Below are positions 12,972 through 25,047 of a DNA stretch of 64,000 nucleotides, in pieces (within the stretch, counting starts at the first letter, position 1; each line of letters opens with the position of its first letter). Source of the DNA: Felis catus. Lineage: Eukaryota. The stretch spans positions 15,130,001-15,194,000 of the forward strand of contig NC_058369.1 in NCBI RefSeq assembly GCF_018350175.1, written 5' to 3'. Both the position numbers and the translations under genes were made by a program. Under the pieces are notes generated by a model. It did no database searches, was not told the origin of the DNA, and saw only the letters and a program-made list of their open reading frames with translations.

Positions 12972-13443
12972 GCCGGAGGCGGCCGGGGCGGCGGCCGCGC
13001 ACCCAGCCGCAGCCCACGCACAGGCGCAGGTCCTGCTGCGCGCCGCCGGCCGCCAGCCCCAGGTGCTCGATGAGCAGCGGCGGCCCGACGCGGTGGAAGG
13101 CGGCGGCGAAGAAGGCGCGGCCGTGCGCGTTGGTGGAGAAGAGCAGCAGGTCGCACTGGAAGCCCCGCGGGCGGCCCCAGCGCACGAGCAGCGAGCTCAG
13201 CATCTGCCGCTGCACGCTGATGTTGCACGGCGCCGCCGCCGCCGCCTCCTCCGGGCCCGGGCGCTCGGGGGGCCCGGGCGCCGCGGAGGCCAGCAGCCGC
13301 GGGGCGGCGGGCTCGCCCGCGGACGACGCGTTGACGGAGGCGTTGGGGGGCGCCCCACCGAGGCCCGGCGCGTCCGCGGCCCCGCCGCGGGCGGGCGGCA
13401 GCGGGCAGGCGGCGGCCAGCAGCGCGGCGAGCGGGAGCAGCAT
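12532..13443 (-). CDS. TMEM158: Transmembrane protein 158 (RIS1), single-exon, 303 aa
   Basis: ATG at 13443 in GCAGGCC-ATG context, TGA at 12534-12532, 912 nt. Protein MLLPLAALLAAACPLPPARGG...PCNISVQRQMLSSLLVRWGRPRGFQCDLLLFSTNAHGRAFF...HFCCLDFSLEELQGEPGWRLNRKPIESTLVACFMTLVIVVWSVAALIWPVPIIAGFLPNGMEQRR matches recalled TMEM158. It has a signal peptide, NAS/NAS/NIS sequons, a hydrophobic TM segment and a C-terminal poly-Ala. Confidence 0.97.
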
Positions 13444-13459
13444 GGCCTGCGGCGGGCGC

Positions 13460-13489
13460 CTACGCGCGCGGGGCGGGCGGCGGCTGCAT
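13460..13489 (-). other. Upstream ORF MQPPPAPRA* in TMEM158 5' leader
   Basis: Minus strand GTGCGCC-ATG CAG CCG CCG CCC GCC CCG CGC GCG TAG. Out of frame with the main ATG; the stop lies 16 nt before it. Assumes the TSS lies above 13489. Confidence 0.7.
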
Positions 13490-13608
13490 GGCGCACGGAC
13501 GACTGGCCGGCGAGCGGACGGCGGGACCGCGGGAGCTGGCGGCCGGGCGGAGTGGGGGCGCGCCCGGCACCCGGCAGCCCGCGGGGGCGGCGCGGAGGAG
13601 GCGGCGGA

Positions 13609-13635
13609 GGCGGCGGCGGCGGCGGCGGCGGCGGC
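13609..13635 (-). repeat. (GCC)9 trinucleotide repeat in putative 5'UTR
   Basis: Nine perfect GGC units on the plus strand, preceded by an imperfect GGA/GGC extension from ~13586. Confidence 0.9.
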
Positions 13636-15701
13636 TCGCTCGGCACGGGGATCCCTCCCCGGCCCGGCTGCGTCTGGGGTTCCCCGCCGCCCCCGACGCG
13701 GGGGCCCTCGGACGGCCGGGCTGCTCTGCAGGGCCCGGCGCTCGCCCGGAGCAGGATTCCCCGGCTCGGCTCCGCCTCCCGCGCGCCCCGCCCCGCCCCG
13801 CCCTCCGCCCGCCCGGCTGCGAGACTCGGGGGAGGGCGGGGTTCCACGCGCCGGGCCGGGCGGGACGCGCGCTGGGTGTCGGCCTGGGACCCTGCCGCCT
13901 GCGCGCGGCCCGGCCCGGGGCGGAGCGGAGGGTTGCGGGAGCCGCGCGGGGCGGGGGTGGGGGGTGGGGGGGTGGGGAAGGGGGCGGGGACGGTTAGCCC
14001 GGCCGCGGGGCGGGGAGCTTGCCCACGCGTGCGACTCCGGGCGGAGGAGGCGCCGTGGGACAACTGCGTCCTCGCATCCCCTGGTCACGCCGAGGGCTGA
14101 GCCTGCGAGTGCTCACCTGGACCCCTCTTGTTTTACAGAAGGGGAAACTGAGGCCGAGAGACGCCCCCCCCCTTCACCCCCCCCCCCACCTCCCAGGCCA
14201 CCCCACAAGCCAGGAACAGGACTCCGGGCCACTAGGCTTTCTGCCTTTCCACGATGTCTCTTAAAATCAATCTCAAATCTGCAGTTTCTTTTTAATACGC
14301 CTCGGACACGTTAGACCCACTTGGTATTCTCAAAGCAGGCAGAACCCGGAGGAAAACGCCAGGAACTCCATCCGAGTTTCGGGTGGGGATGGGCTGGCGG
14401 CAATGTGAGCCTCGCGGCTCCGAGGGAGGGGTCCCGAGGGGTGTTTCAGTCCCAGGAAGCCGCTGCTCCCGTGCAGGGCCCCCACCTGGCCGGCAGAGGA
14501 GCATTTGTCTGTACAATCCGTGTCAAGGGACAGTTCATCCCGTTTAGGATAGACAGTAGGTTGGGAGAGGCCTGTCAAGAGTAAGGAGCCACGACCAGTT
14601 ATATTTTCAGAACACTTTCCTAGTTAATTTGGCTCTTACACTTGGCGGGAAAATCACTGATGCCCTCCAAGAGAATGACCTATGGTTTAAAGCCATCGTG
14701 CTCCCTGAGCACCAACTCTTTCTGAGGCTGGAAGCCGTGGAGGGACCCACCGGCAGGAAGCAGTCAGCAAAGTGGGCCTCACGGAGGTGAGTTTCCTGAA
14801 CGGAACTATATTGCTGGGCGTCATGGCTGATGACATTTCTGGAAGCCGTGCGTTATTTCTAACAACGAGTAAAAGCAGGTTGAGAAAGATTGTAAAAACA
14901 GCCTCAAAATATCTGAACCTACCTGGCCTCTTTCCAGCTGGGCAAGTCATTATTCTGACGTGGCCTTGGTTTCCCCATCTGAACAGTGAGGTCGCGGTAC
15001 CTGCCCAGCAGGGATGCTGGGATAAATGCACCCAACCCAGTGGCCACCTGTCTGTCCACAGAAGTGCTTCCGTGTCCAGTGGTGGCTGCTGTGATGTCCT
15101 TACTATTAGTCCCGCCAGAACTGGCTGTCTGGAAGGGTCCTTGGTTTCTATAGAAATGATACATTTCCCCGAGGGACTAGGACTCCCCTTTTGTTTAAGC
15201 CCTCATCACTTTTCTGCTGGGAAGTGATGCTCCCAGAGAGAATGATGTGCATTTTCATGCTTCTATTAAAAATTACTCTTCCTTTAAAAGCCTTGCATGT
15301 CAGGAACTCTTTTGGCTGCCTTTGGGGGACTGAGCAAGGGGGGCCTGGGAACAGCCCCAGAACGTCAGGTGATGTGAGGGCCGAGAGAGGCCCAGTCTTC
15401 AAGGGGTGCGTTCTAAGCTTGGCCACTGTGTACAATAGTGGGTGACGCTCTCTAGGGTTTCGGCCAGAGGTGGGGGCTCCCTGGTTTTGTCTGTGCAGCA
15501 GAGAAGGCGGCAGCAGAGGGAGAAGACAAAGATCTGCTTGGGGGGGGGGGGAGGGCAAGCAGTTTGCTGCAAAGTCATATCACCGTAGCCCCGTGTTCTG
15601 GCCACCGGCCTCCTGGCCTCGTTTCCAGCACATGCCACAGAGGTCCGACACTCACCCTCCCTCAGAGGGACTGAAACTCTAGATTGATCTGCCTTCTTTT
15701 T

Positions 15702-15924
15702 GAAAAAAAAAATTTTTTCAACGTTTTTTATTTATTTTTGGGACAGAGAGAGACAGAGCATGAACGGGGGAGGAGCAGAGAGAGAGGGAGACACAGAATC
15801 CAAAGCAGGCTCCAGGCTCTGAGCCATCAGCCCAGAGCCCGACGCGGGGCTCGAACTCACAGACCGTGAGATCATGACCTGGCTGAAGTCGGACGCTTAA
15901 CCGACTGCGCCACCCAGGCGCCCC
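15702..15924 (-). mobile_element. Young CAN-SINE
   Basis: Perfect TSD tgatctgccttcttttt at 15685-15701 and 15925-15941. Confidence 0.95.
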
Positions 15925-16524
15925 TGATCTGCCTTCTTTTTGGACAGTGGGAATTGGGGAAGAAAAGGCAAACAGTGAAGTTAGTTTCTGTCCTGTTGAC
16001 TGCTGTGTTACCAGCAATGAGAAGAGGGCCTCACAGGGTAGGCAGAGGCTCAGAATTAGTGCCATGTCACCTTGTGGAGGTGGGGTTCCAAAGTCTGTAG
16101 GTGAGTTAGAGGATCTGGTGCAAATCTCTTTTATTTTGAGAAAAGTTGTCAGTTGAGTTTCTTTTTGTCAGATGCGTGTTTTATAAACGTATGCGAATAT
16201 GTTATAACCTGCCTACAATATGGCAGATAGTCTGTGCTTATATTCACGGCTTGTATTCCGTGCCACACTCTTTCTTGTATTTGAAATTAGCTCAAATTGA
16301 TTTGTTCTTGATTTCTGTGAGGATTCCGTCTTTGGATATTTATGTTTTCTAAGGGGGTGAAAATTATTTTGGAAACCAAGCCCAAAGTGCTGTCTTATAC
16401 ACACAGTGATTTCCTTCCTCCAGTCCTTCAGTTCAAGTTCACAACATCCTGCTATGATCATTATATATAATATATATACACACGCATATATTGTATATAA
16501 TGTGTATGTATATACATTATATAT

Positions 16525-17885
16525 AATGTTTTTTATTCTCGAGAGAGAGAGAGACAGAGTGTGAGCAGGGGAGGGGCAGAGAGAGAGGGAGACGCAGAAT
16601 TTGAAGCAGGCTCCAGGCTCTGAGCCATCAGCACAGAGCCTGATGTGGGGCTCGAACTCACGGCTGAAGGCGGACTCTTAACTGACTGAGCCACCCAGGC
16701 ACCCCTGTGTGTATTTTTTTTTTTTTACTTAACAGAGGAATACATTGTTTGGCTTACACCCCTAATTCATGATCAGCTATATAGTATTTATATATGAGAT
16801 AATATGACTTTGTACCATTTGTGATAATATGGGTATGTAACATATATAAACAATAATATGACTTTGTGGCATTAAATAAGGGAAAATGTCATCTGTATGT
16901 TTTGTTGCCTTTACAGAATAATAAAAGAGTTACATATTTAAAAACATTAAAAACATATAACATATTGTATCATATGTTATAAACATATTTAGTAGATTGC
17001 ATTGCAACTGCATTGTATAAAGGTTGGGAATCAGCAGAGGAGACAATGAGAACCCAAGCTACCTGGTCTCTACTTTTCTGTATGTGCATAATTCTCCTCC
17101 TCCTCCTCCTCCTCCTCCTCCTCCTCCTCCTCCTCCTCCTCCTTCTCCTCCTCCTCCTCCTTCTAAGTGTTTATTTATTTTGAGAGAGAGAAAGAGAGAC
17201 AGAGCACAAGTAGGGGAGGGGCAGAGAGAGAGGGAGACACAGAATCCAAAGCAGGATCCAGGCCCTGAGCTGTCAGCACAGAGCTCCATGCAGGGCTTGA
17301 ACCCATAACCACGAGATCATGACCTGAGCCAAAGTCGAATGCTTAACTGACTGAGCCATGAGCCATCCAGGTGCCCCATAGTTATTCTTTTCTGCGTTTT
17401 GCATACTCCCTAAAACATGCAACAATTACTTCTGAAAAAAAAAAAAAAGAGAGAGAGAATTATAGGCGTGCCTGAATGGCTCAGTGGGTTAAGTGTCTGA
17501 CTCTTGATTTCTGCTCAGGTCGTGATCTCCGGGTTCATGGGATTGCGCCCCATGTTGGACTCTGCACTGTTATCAAGGATCCTGCCTGGGATTCTCTCTC
17601 TCCTTCTTTCTGCCCATCCCCTGTGCATGCATGCTCTCTCTCTCTCTCTCTCTAAGCAAATAAACATTTAATTTTTTTTTTTAACGTGTATTTATTTTTG
17701 AGACAGCGAGAGACAGAGCATGAACAGGAGAGGGGCAGAGAGAGAGGGAGACACAGAATCTGAAACAGGCTCCAGGCTCTGAGCTGTCAGCACAGAGCCC
17801 AACGCAGGGCTCGAACTCACGTGCTGTGAGATCATGACCTGAGCCGAAGTCGGACGCTTAACCGACTGAGCCACCCAGGCGCCCC
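16525..17885. mobile_element. SINE cluster: - 16525-16705; - 17162-17377 with (CCT)n at 17094-17161; + 17464-17670 with a - SINE 17672-17885 nested in its tail
   Basis: SINE heads and bodies; the nested copy is flanked by TSD taagcaaataaacatt. Confidence 0.9.
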
Positions 17886-18069
17886 ATAAGCAAATAAACA
17901 TTAAAAAAAAAGAGAGAGAATTGTATTAAAGCCTCACCCCCTTTTGCAACTGTTACTGTTTTCCTCTCTTCCTTCAGCCTGGCAGGGACCCCAAGGGCCA
18001 GCCAGGGACATAGGGTGTGTAACACCCCGTTGCTGACGGAGTGAGCTGGTGGGTTAAGAGCGCTGCCTG

Positions 18070-18550
18070 AGCTATAGGCAGAGACCTGCTCATATGCCGC
18101 GTGGTTCCCGGCCTGCTCTCCAATCCATCTCCTACCCCTTTCCGTGCCCCTCACCGGCTCTGTTCCAGGCGCACTGGCTTCCTTGCTGTTCCTGGGACGT
18201 GCAAACTCAAGGTCTTTGCCCCTGCTCTTCCCTCTGCCTGGGCGGCTGTTCTTTGTGACACTGCCTTTGCCGGCTCCCTGTTTCCCTCGGCTCTCTGCTG
18301 CGATGGAGGTTCCTCGGCGAGGCCCTTCTCGACGGCTCCTGTGAAACAGCACCATTGCCACTGTCCCCGTCACCACTTCCTGTGCACTGTTCCGCGTCTT
18401 CCTAGTACTCACCGCCAGCTGACATACTCTTCTCGGTTTAACGTCTCTTTATTGGAATGTCTACCCCCCCGCCCCCAAAGCAGGGCTTTCTCTGTTTTGT
18501 TCGGGGGAACAGTAAGAGGTTCGGCGATAGTTGGTGAATGAGTGAATTCC
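18070..18550 (+). mobile_element. L2 3' fragment
   Basis: ctggcttccttgctgttcctggga...ggtctttgcccctgctcttccctctgcctggg...gaatgagtgaat (L2 terminal repeat). Confidence 0.65.
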
Positions 18551-19883
18551 AAAGGCTGCCCGTCCAGCAGGTGGGATGTGGGTGGCGGTCTAGGGAGTTG
18601 AGAGGGACAGAGCCACACCGGTTCCCCAGCAACAAGACTGGTGTTTCCCGACCAGCCTGCAGGCGGGAGGCCGCCCACCAGGCCCTGCCCAGGGCTGGTA
18701 GGAACGTTCCAGATGGGCCCAGACCTTCCTTCTATCGATGTAAGGATGAAAGGCAAATGAGCCTCCTTCCATCCCCCCCAGGTCCTGTAATTTATAGAAA
18801 ACAAACGGAAGACTTTCAGCCATCCTCTGTTTTGTTCATAAAATACCGACAGCAAGTTTTTCCACACGGACCGTATTGGTAGAAAACAATCACCGAGGAC
18901 TTCAAAGAAAATAATTAGTAATGCGGCACGGTAATTTCATTTTCTTCGTTTCCTCTGCCCCTCCCCGGTATTAGCTAATTTTTCCTTGTACCGCCTATGA
19001 AGTAGGACCTAACAAAAAGATCTCTTTGGGTTATTCGAATTCCTTTTATCCAACGACCTCAGAGTGTTGCAGGTACAGTGATTCGTGAGTCCTCCCCTAT
19101 TATGCGGGTGGAATTAAGATATTATTCCCACACACTGTAGACTGCGAAATAAGCAAGAGCCACAAAAGCGTCGTAAAAATAGGACAGAGAAGAGACAGGC
19201 TCAGAAACCAGCGGCTCAGCCACATCAGAGTCACTGGGGAAGGCCTTGCTACTTTGTTGGTGTGTGTTGGCGGGGGGGGGGGGGGGGGGGGGGACACTCA
19301 GCGAGTGGTGGGAGGATATTTTCCACGCCTGCCTCCCTGAGAAATCCCATTCCTCGGATGGGAAACTCGAGGACTGGTCACAGGGGCAGCTGAAGAGCGG
19401 GCCTCTGTCGCGGGCCCCCTGGGGGAGCCCCGGAAGCCCCCCCCCCCACCCCCTGGTGTTCGCCGATAAGATCCTGACCATCCTGTGCCCTCTGCTTCCG
19501 TGCAGCTCCGTCATCTTTCTGGGCACCTGAGCCAGACCTTCAGGGTGTGGGCATTTATTCTTCCCGATCGCTGTGGTCGGAAGGGAGATTTATGTCCGCC
19601 TAGCCCCGGCAGCAATTATAGCCCGCACAATTCATTTGGCAATTAATCATAGGCGGCCCCGGGACACGGCTGCCGTAGCCCGCTTCAGGCTGTTGGTTGG
19701 ACTTAACTCTGTCTCGTGCATTTGTTGTTTGCTGGTGGGCACCCTCCGTGCATGGTGGGCAGGGCCACTGCTGGTATCTCTTTTCTATCCAGGGACCTGA
19801 GCATCATTCTGGGTTTCTGGGGAGATTCCAGCAAAGACTTTTTGAGGAGAGAAGGAGCCGCTGCTGTTAGAAAAAGATGAAGA

Positions 19884-20115
19884 GGGGCGCCTGGGTGGCT
19901 CAGTCGGTTAAACGTCCGACTTCGGCTCAGGTCACGATCTCACGGTATGTGAGTTCGAGCCCCGCGTCGGGCTCTGTGCTGACTGCTCAGAGCCTGGAGC
20001 CTGTTTCGGATTCTGTGTCTCCTTCTCTCTCTGACCCTCCCCCATTCATGCTCTGTCTCTCTCTGTCTCAAAAATAAATAAAAAAGTTAAAAAAAAAATT
20101 AAAAAAAAAAAAAGA
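19884..20115 (+). mobile_element. CAN-SINE
   Basis: Full length with A-tail; TSD aaaagatgaaga. Confidence 0.95.
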
Positions 20116-20269
20116 AAAAGATGAAGAGTCTAAGAGCCACCGGGAGGAGGAAAACAGTGCCCAAGTGGTACGTGTGTAGAAAGATTCCAAGGGGAAAGAT
20201 GTGCCTGCTGAGTGAACACCTCTTCTGGGCTTGGCCTCGCATTGGCACCTTCACCAGATGACGATTGTC

Positions 20270-20567
20270 CCTTAACAGACACTTGTTGAGTGCCAGGCAC
20301 CGTGTCAAGTGCTTGAAATGCATCCTCACCACAGTCCCCCGAGGAAGACATTGCCATGGCCATTTTCCAGATGAGGTAAACTGAGGCTCCAAGGGATTAA
20401 GTCACTTGGACAGAGTCACACAGTGGTGGAACAAGATTCAAACTTCGACCGTCTCGTTCTTTTTTTTTTTTTTAAGTAAACTCTGCACCCAACGTGGGGC
20501 TTGAACTTGGGGCTTGACCCCAAGATCAAGTGTTACAGGCTCTACCCACTGAGCCAGCCAGGCGCCC
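20270..20567. mobile_element. MIR (+, ~20270-20450) and short SINE (-, ~20460-20567)
   Basis: MIR core cattttccagatgaggtaaactgaggctc...aagtcacttg; short reverse SINE ending aggcgcccc. Confidence 0.75.
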
Positions 20568-21679
20568 CTCGTTCATCATCACAGCCCTGCTCCGTGGCCT
20601 CTGCCGTCACCAGCGACCTCGGGAGTTGGAGGGCATCGTTGTGTTTTACTGATGGGGAAGCAGGTGCAGGGTGGCTGGGCCGCTGGCAAAGCCTGGCCCG
20701 TCTACATCTCTTCAGCCTTCCAAGTGCATCTACCCTGCATTCACTCCCGGCTCATATATCCCACCGACGCTGAGATGCCGGAGGATGTCCCCCCAGTCTG
20801 GTGCATCCCTAATGACGAAGCCCTGGATTATGGTTCTCCAAATCCATTACCTCCAGGGTGCCCGGTAGGGAGCAAGGACTCGGCGAGCGCTGGCTGGGAA
20901 CCCGGGCTTCGGCAGGGACCACTTAGCTGGGCAGACGTCCAGCCTGGGGCTCCTGAGATTACCTGGGAGCCTTTGGGTTTGACATCGATGGATTCTTACA
21001 TAGTGTATTTATGAATGACTCAGGGACATATTTAAGAGAAAGATGGAAAAGACAAGGGATACGGACTAACCCACACTGAGGGCAACGATGGAGTAGTTTC
21101 CGTGAAAACACCCAGCTTCCGGGATCGGTATCTGTCACAGGAACCTAACTGATGCTCTGTCTCTAGAAAACATTTTTCGTTAATAAAAATAATTTTGCAG
21201 GGAGAAGACAATGCTTAAAGCAAGTGACATTTTGGGGTTCTCTTATCCATCTTCTAAAAAGTTGGGATGTCACTTAGCCCTGATAGTCATGAATTCTGAG
21301 GGTTTCAGTAGGGAAAGCCTGGGGGACTGAGCTGGGTCACCGGCCACTAGCGGGTGTCATCTGGGATTACGTGGTGCTTCTAAACACCGCCAAACACTCC
21401 CTTCAAGTAGAGTAATTAACATTCCATTTCTAGAGGTAGGGAGGAGCTGGGGGAAGCAAGAGCCCATTTTGAGAGAGCCAGGCACAGTGGAACACATTTA
21501 TCAGACTTTCATGCCTTCTAACCGCACCCTTCCCACGGATCTTCTGGCCCACACATGCTTGGGGACATCTGTCATTTGCCTGGGCACACTCGGTCATGCA
21601 GGGGTCTTGCCTGGCATTCCCTTTGCGTTGAGGTGGCTTCTCCTCCTGCTCTATCCGTTCTTTTTATTTAGTTTTTAAA

Positions 21680-21937
21680 GGGGCGCCTGGGTGGCGCAGT
21701 CGGTTAGGCGTCCGACTTCAGCCAGGTCACGATCTCGCAGTCCGTGAGTTCGAGCCCCGCGTCGGGCTCTGGGCTGATGGCTCAGAGCCTGGAGCCTGTT
21801 TCCGATTCTGTGTCTCTCTCTCTCTGCCCCTCGCCCGTTCATGCTCTGTCTCTCTCTGTCCCAAAAATAAATAAACGTTGAAAAAAAAATTTTTTTAAAT
21901 GTATTTATTTTGAGAGAGAAAGGGCAAGCGGGGGAGG

Positions 21938-21977
<40 letters not shown>

Positions 21978-22090
21978 CTCAAGCAGGCTCCCCACTGCCA
22001 GTGTGGAGCCTGACGCAGGGCTCGATCCCACGAACTGTGAGCCGAAACCAAGAGTCCAACACTTAACCGACCGAGCCACCCAGGCGCCCC
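21680..22090. mobile_element. Young + SINE (21680-~21890) nested in tail of older - SINE (~21900-22090)
   Basis: Outer TSD ctatccgttcttttt at 21651-21665 and 22090-22104 encloses both elements. Confidence 0.92.
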
Positions 22091-23769
22091 TATCCGTTCT
22101 TTTTCTACTGAGGTGTCTAGATTTTCTATTTGAGAACCTTGTGGCTGTGAACGTGGCTTTTGGAGCCGGGCAGACCTGGCTTGGACACACTCCTCGACAT
22201 TGCTGTGTCTCAGTTTTCTTGCCTGTGAAATGGGCCTAATATTTGTTCTCTGGTGCGGGTTAAATGTGGTCATCGTTGTAGAATGATCAGATCAGGGCCT
22301 GCGCAGGGTGAGTGTGCAGTGAGTGTGGTCAGCACTTTTGCTTTGGCTCCTCCTCTGTTCTTACGCTACTGTGAGAATTGTACGCCTGCACCTGTAGGGT
22401 CACACTGTGTGTGATGGGGGAGGGTCAGGTCCAGACTGAGAAGAAGCTAAGCTGCTGGCTACGTGGACCGTCCCCGGCAATGAAGCACAGCTGTAATCCA
22501 GTGACCACGAGGACAGGAAGGCCTCCTGGAGGCCACCTAGTCCAAAATCTTCATAGATGGGGAAACCGAGGCCCAGAGTGGGGTGCTGGCCTGGCCAAAG
22601 ATCACACACCGATTGGCCGCAAAACCAGGGCTGGAAGCCAAGCCTTGTGGCCTACTGGGCATCAGGCATGACACCTTTTTCTGGAAGGACAGCCCTCAGC
22701 AATGCTTTTAGAGCCGCACTTTACAAATGAGGGCCCGTTGCAAAGTGAGAGCAGAGAGCCTTTCTAATTTACTTAGAGAAGAAGAGGAAAATGATGGGCT
22801 TGATAATTGCTAGAGTCGCACTTCTAACTCTATTTACAGGGTGGAAGATTGATTGCGGGGGCTAAGAACATCGGCAGGCTCGGCAGGCTTCTGTTCTGAT
22901 GCAATTAAGCTTTGCTCCTTCCAGCTCTGCCTAGGACCTGGGTCAGGCCCCGCGAGACCTGGGTGTGAGATGGAAGCCCAGTCTGGACCTGCTCCAGCCT
23001 TGAGTCCTGAAGAAGTCCGTGGGAATAGGCAAGAACTTGGCGCCCATGGTCCAAGTAAGGCCATCGGGGCCGTTGGGTCATGCTTCCTGGTACCTGGGCT
23101 GCTGGCCAGACCCTCACACGGTATCAGAATCCCCCCGCCACTACCTGCTTGAAGCTGGGCGGCTCCAGGACCACCCCGAGCTGGCCGTGCTCCGTCCTCA
23201 CCACCCAGGCTGGCCCCCTGGGTAGCAGCCGCCGTCTTGATTGCGCCTGGGTTTCCTCTGCGCTTTGCACTTCGGCGATGTGGGCTGTGAACCTCTCCAC
23301 GGAAGACCCCAGTGCTACTCTGGAGCTGGGCCTCTTTTCCCAACCCTGTCCACCCTAGCCAAGCATGGCTCAGCCCATTTGTTTGCTTTTGTTGTTTATG
23401 AGAGTGGAAAATTGGAAACCAACCAAATGCCCCCAAATAAGGGATGGTTATGGAAATGTAGAAATGTTGACCACTGTGAAAGGGTATGCAGCCGTGGCAA
23501 TTCTTTTTACGAAGAGTCTTCTGCTTAGCATGACATTGAGACCGCCATGTTGAACTGGGCACCTCTCATGGCGTCCAAGGTGTGTGGAACTCCTGAGCCC
23601 TTATGGTTGCTCAGAACCCCCAAATGGTGAGATCATGACCTGAGCTGAAGTCAGATGCTTAACTGACTGAGCCACCCCGGGCACTCCCAGACCCTTCCTC
23701 TCAATAAGGTGGTTGAGCCCTGGTTTTTGCCACTGGATCACGTCCCTCAGCTTCCATACTACAACCACA

Positions 23770-23950
23770 AATGGCTTCCCAGATCTTGACTGTGCCTGAA
23801 TCTCCTGGAAGGCCCCATCCTAGCATTTCTTGTTCAGCGGGGTGGGGGAGGAAGGAGGGAACCTGACAATCCACATCTCTAACAAGGTCTCAGGTGATTT
23901 CCAGATGATGGTGACGTCACTGGTCTGGGACCACACTCAGAAACACTAGA
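23770..23950. mobile_element. MER5A-like MITE
   Basis: gaatctcctggaagg...atctctaacaaggtctcaggtgat...ctggtctgggaccacactcagaaacact. Confidence 0.65.
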
Positions 23951-25047
23951 CTGTTTCTTCTGAACATGTGGAAGATGCTCCCCGAGAGGAATTTTGGTGA
24001 ACAGTGTTTCCTCCATCTTGTCATATATTATTATATCATTATTGGAGGTAGAAAACATTACATAAAACGGTTTATGCCTGGGGCATCTGCTTCCTGGTTT
24101 CTCCAGCGAAGCAGAGAAGGGGATCCCAGCCCACCCATCAGCTGGGCTTGCTTAACCAAAGATGGGGGACTGTGGCTTGCAAAGATGATTTCCAGTAATG
24201 GATCAGGGCAACTCCCATGGTTTCTGGACCAGAGAGGGTGGCAGCATTGGGAGCAACACTGGGGGCAGGGTTGAGCCAGCAGGGGCTGGAGACCCAGAGC
24301 CCCAGAAGCCAGGTCAAGGATCAGTCAATACCCTGGCAGCTGTAATTGGGTACCACTGTGCCAAGGGCATGTCAGAGATGGCCAAGGGCACAGTTGACCT
24401 AGCTGTTCCCGCTGCCAGGGCCCTTGCTCTCTGTTGGGTGAGGAGAGGGGGGACACATGCAAATATGAAGACCTTAGGCTATAGTAGTGACTGGGGGAGA
24501 AGCTTCAGAGGACCTGGTTCGAGTCCCAGCTCTAGTATCCACTGATGAGGCTTTGATCTTGAGCACATGAAGGCACCTTCCTGAGTGCTATGGACATCTG
24601 GGCCTGTACCAGATGTCCTCTGCTCCGTGAGATTCCCTGGGCAAACGGGTCCTTAGGGCTGGCATTTCACTTCTCCATTAGACTTGTTTTCTTTTTTGAA
24701 GTAGGGACAGAGGGCCAGCTCAGATGTTGCAAGTACTTGGACCAGCCAGGACACCTTGGTTTTTACAGCCTCCTTGGTCATGAAGGGTGATCAGACTGTG
24801 AGAGACCCAACACCCTGTCTTGGCCCCTGGGGTGCTCCTTTTACTCTGACAGACAGGTGGAAGCAGGATGTTGGGGAGCACAGGCGTGGAGAGGGGTGGC
24901 ATACCCAGAAGTTGGGGGCGCCCTGCCCAGCTGGGCCTCATTCGGCCCCAGCGGCTGCACGTCGTGGATCTGAAGGCACAGGGATCAAAGCACCAACAGT
25001 TCTGGCTCGGCCTCTCTGGACGCAGCCCTGACTGCTCACCACGGCTG

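Larger units (their letters stand above)
12300..14110. promoter_or_regulatory. CpG island covering TMEM158 CDS, 5'UTR and promoter; GC boxes
   Basis: Extremely GC/CpG-rich stretch. Multiple CCGCCC/GGGCGG boxes and G-runs at ~13780-14020, upstream of the ATG on the minus strand. Confidence 0.9.

Noticed and set aside
13444..14088. 215-codon in-frame N-terminal extension of TMEM158 (518-aa ORF call)
   Set aside because: Starts at a non-ATG codon, runs through promoter GC boxes and would bury the signal peptide; the recalled protein begins at the Met at 13443.
12209..14314. Long ORFs of 235-618 aa on the plus strand and alternative minus frames over TMEM158
   Set aside because: Stop-codon depletion in a very GC-rich island; low-complexity G/R/P/A translations; shadows of the real CDS.
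22834..23562. 242-aa minus-strand ORF
   Set aside because: No recognisable domain; its N-terminal part overlaps L1-like sequence (aaccaaatgccccc...ggatgg); consistent with a chance ORF in GC-rich DNA.
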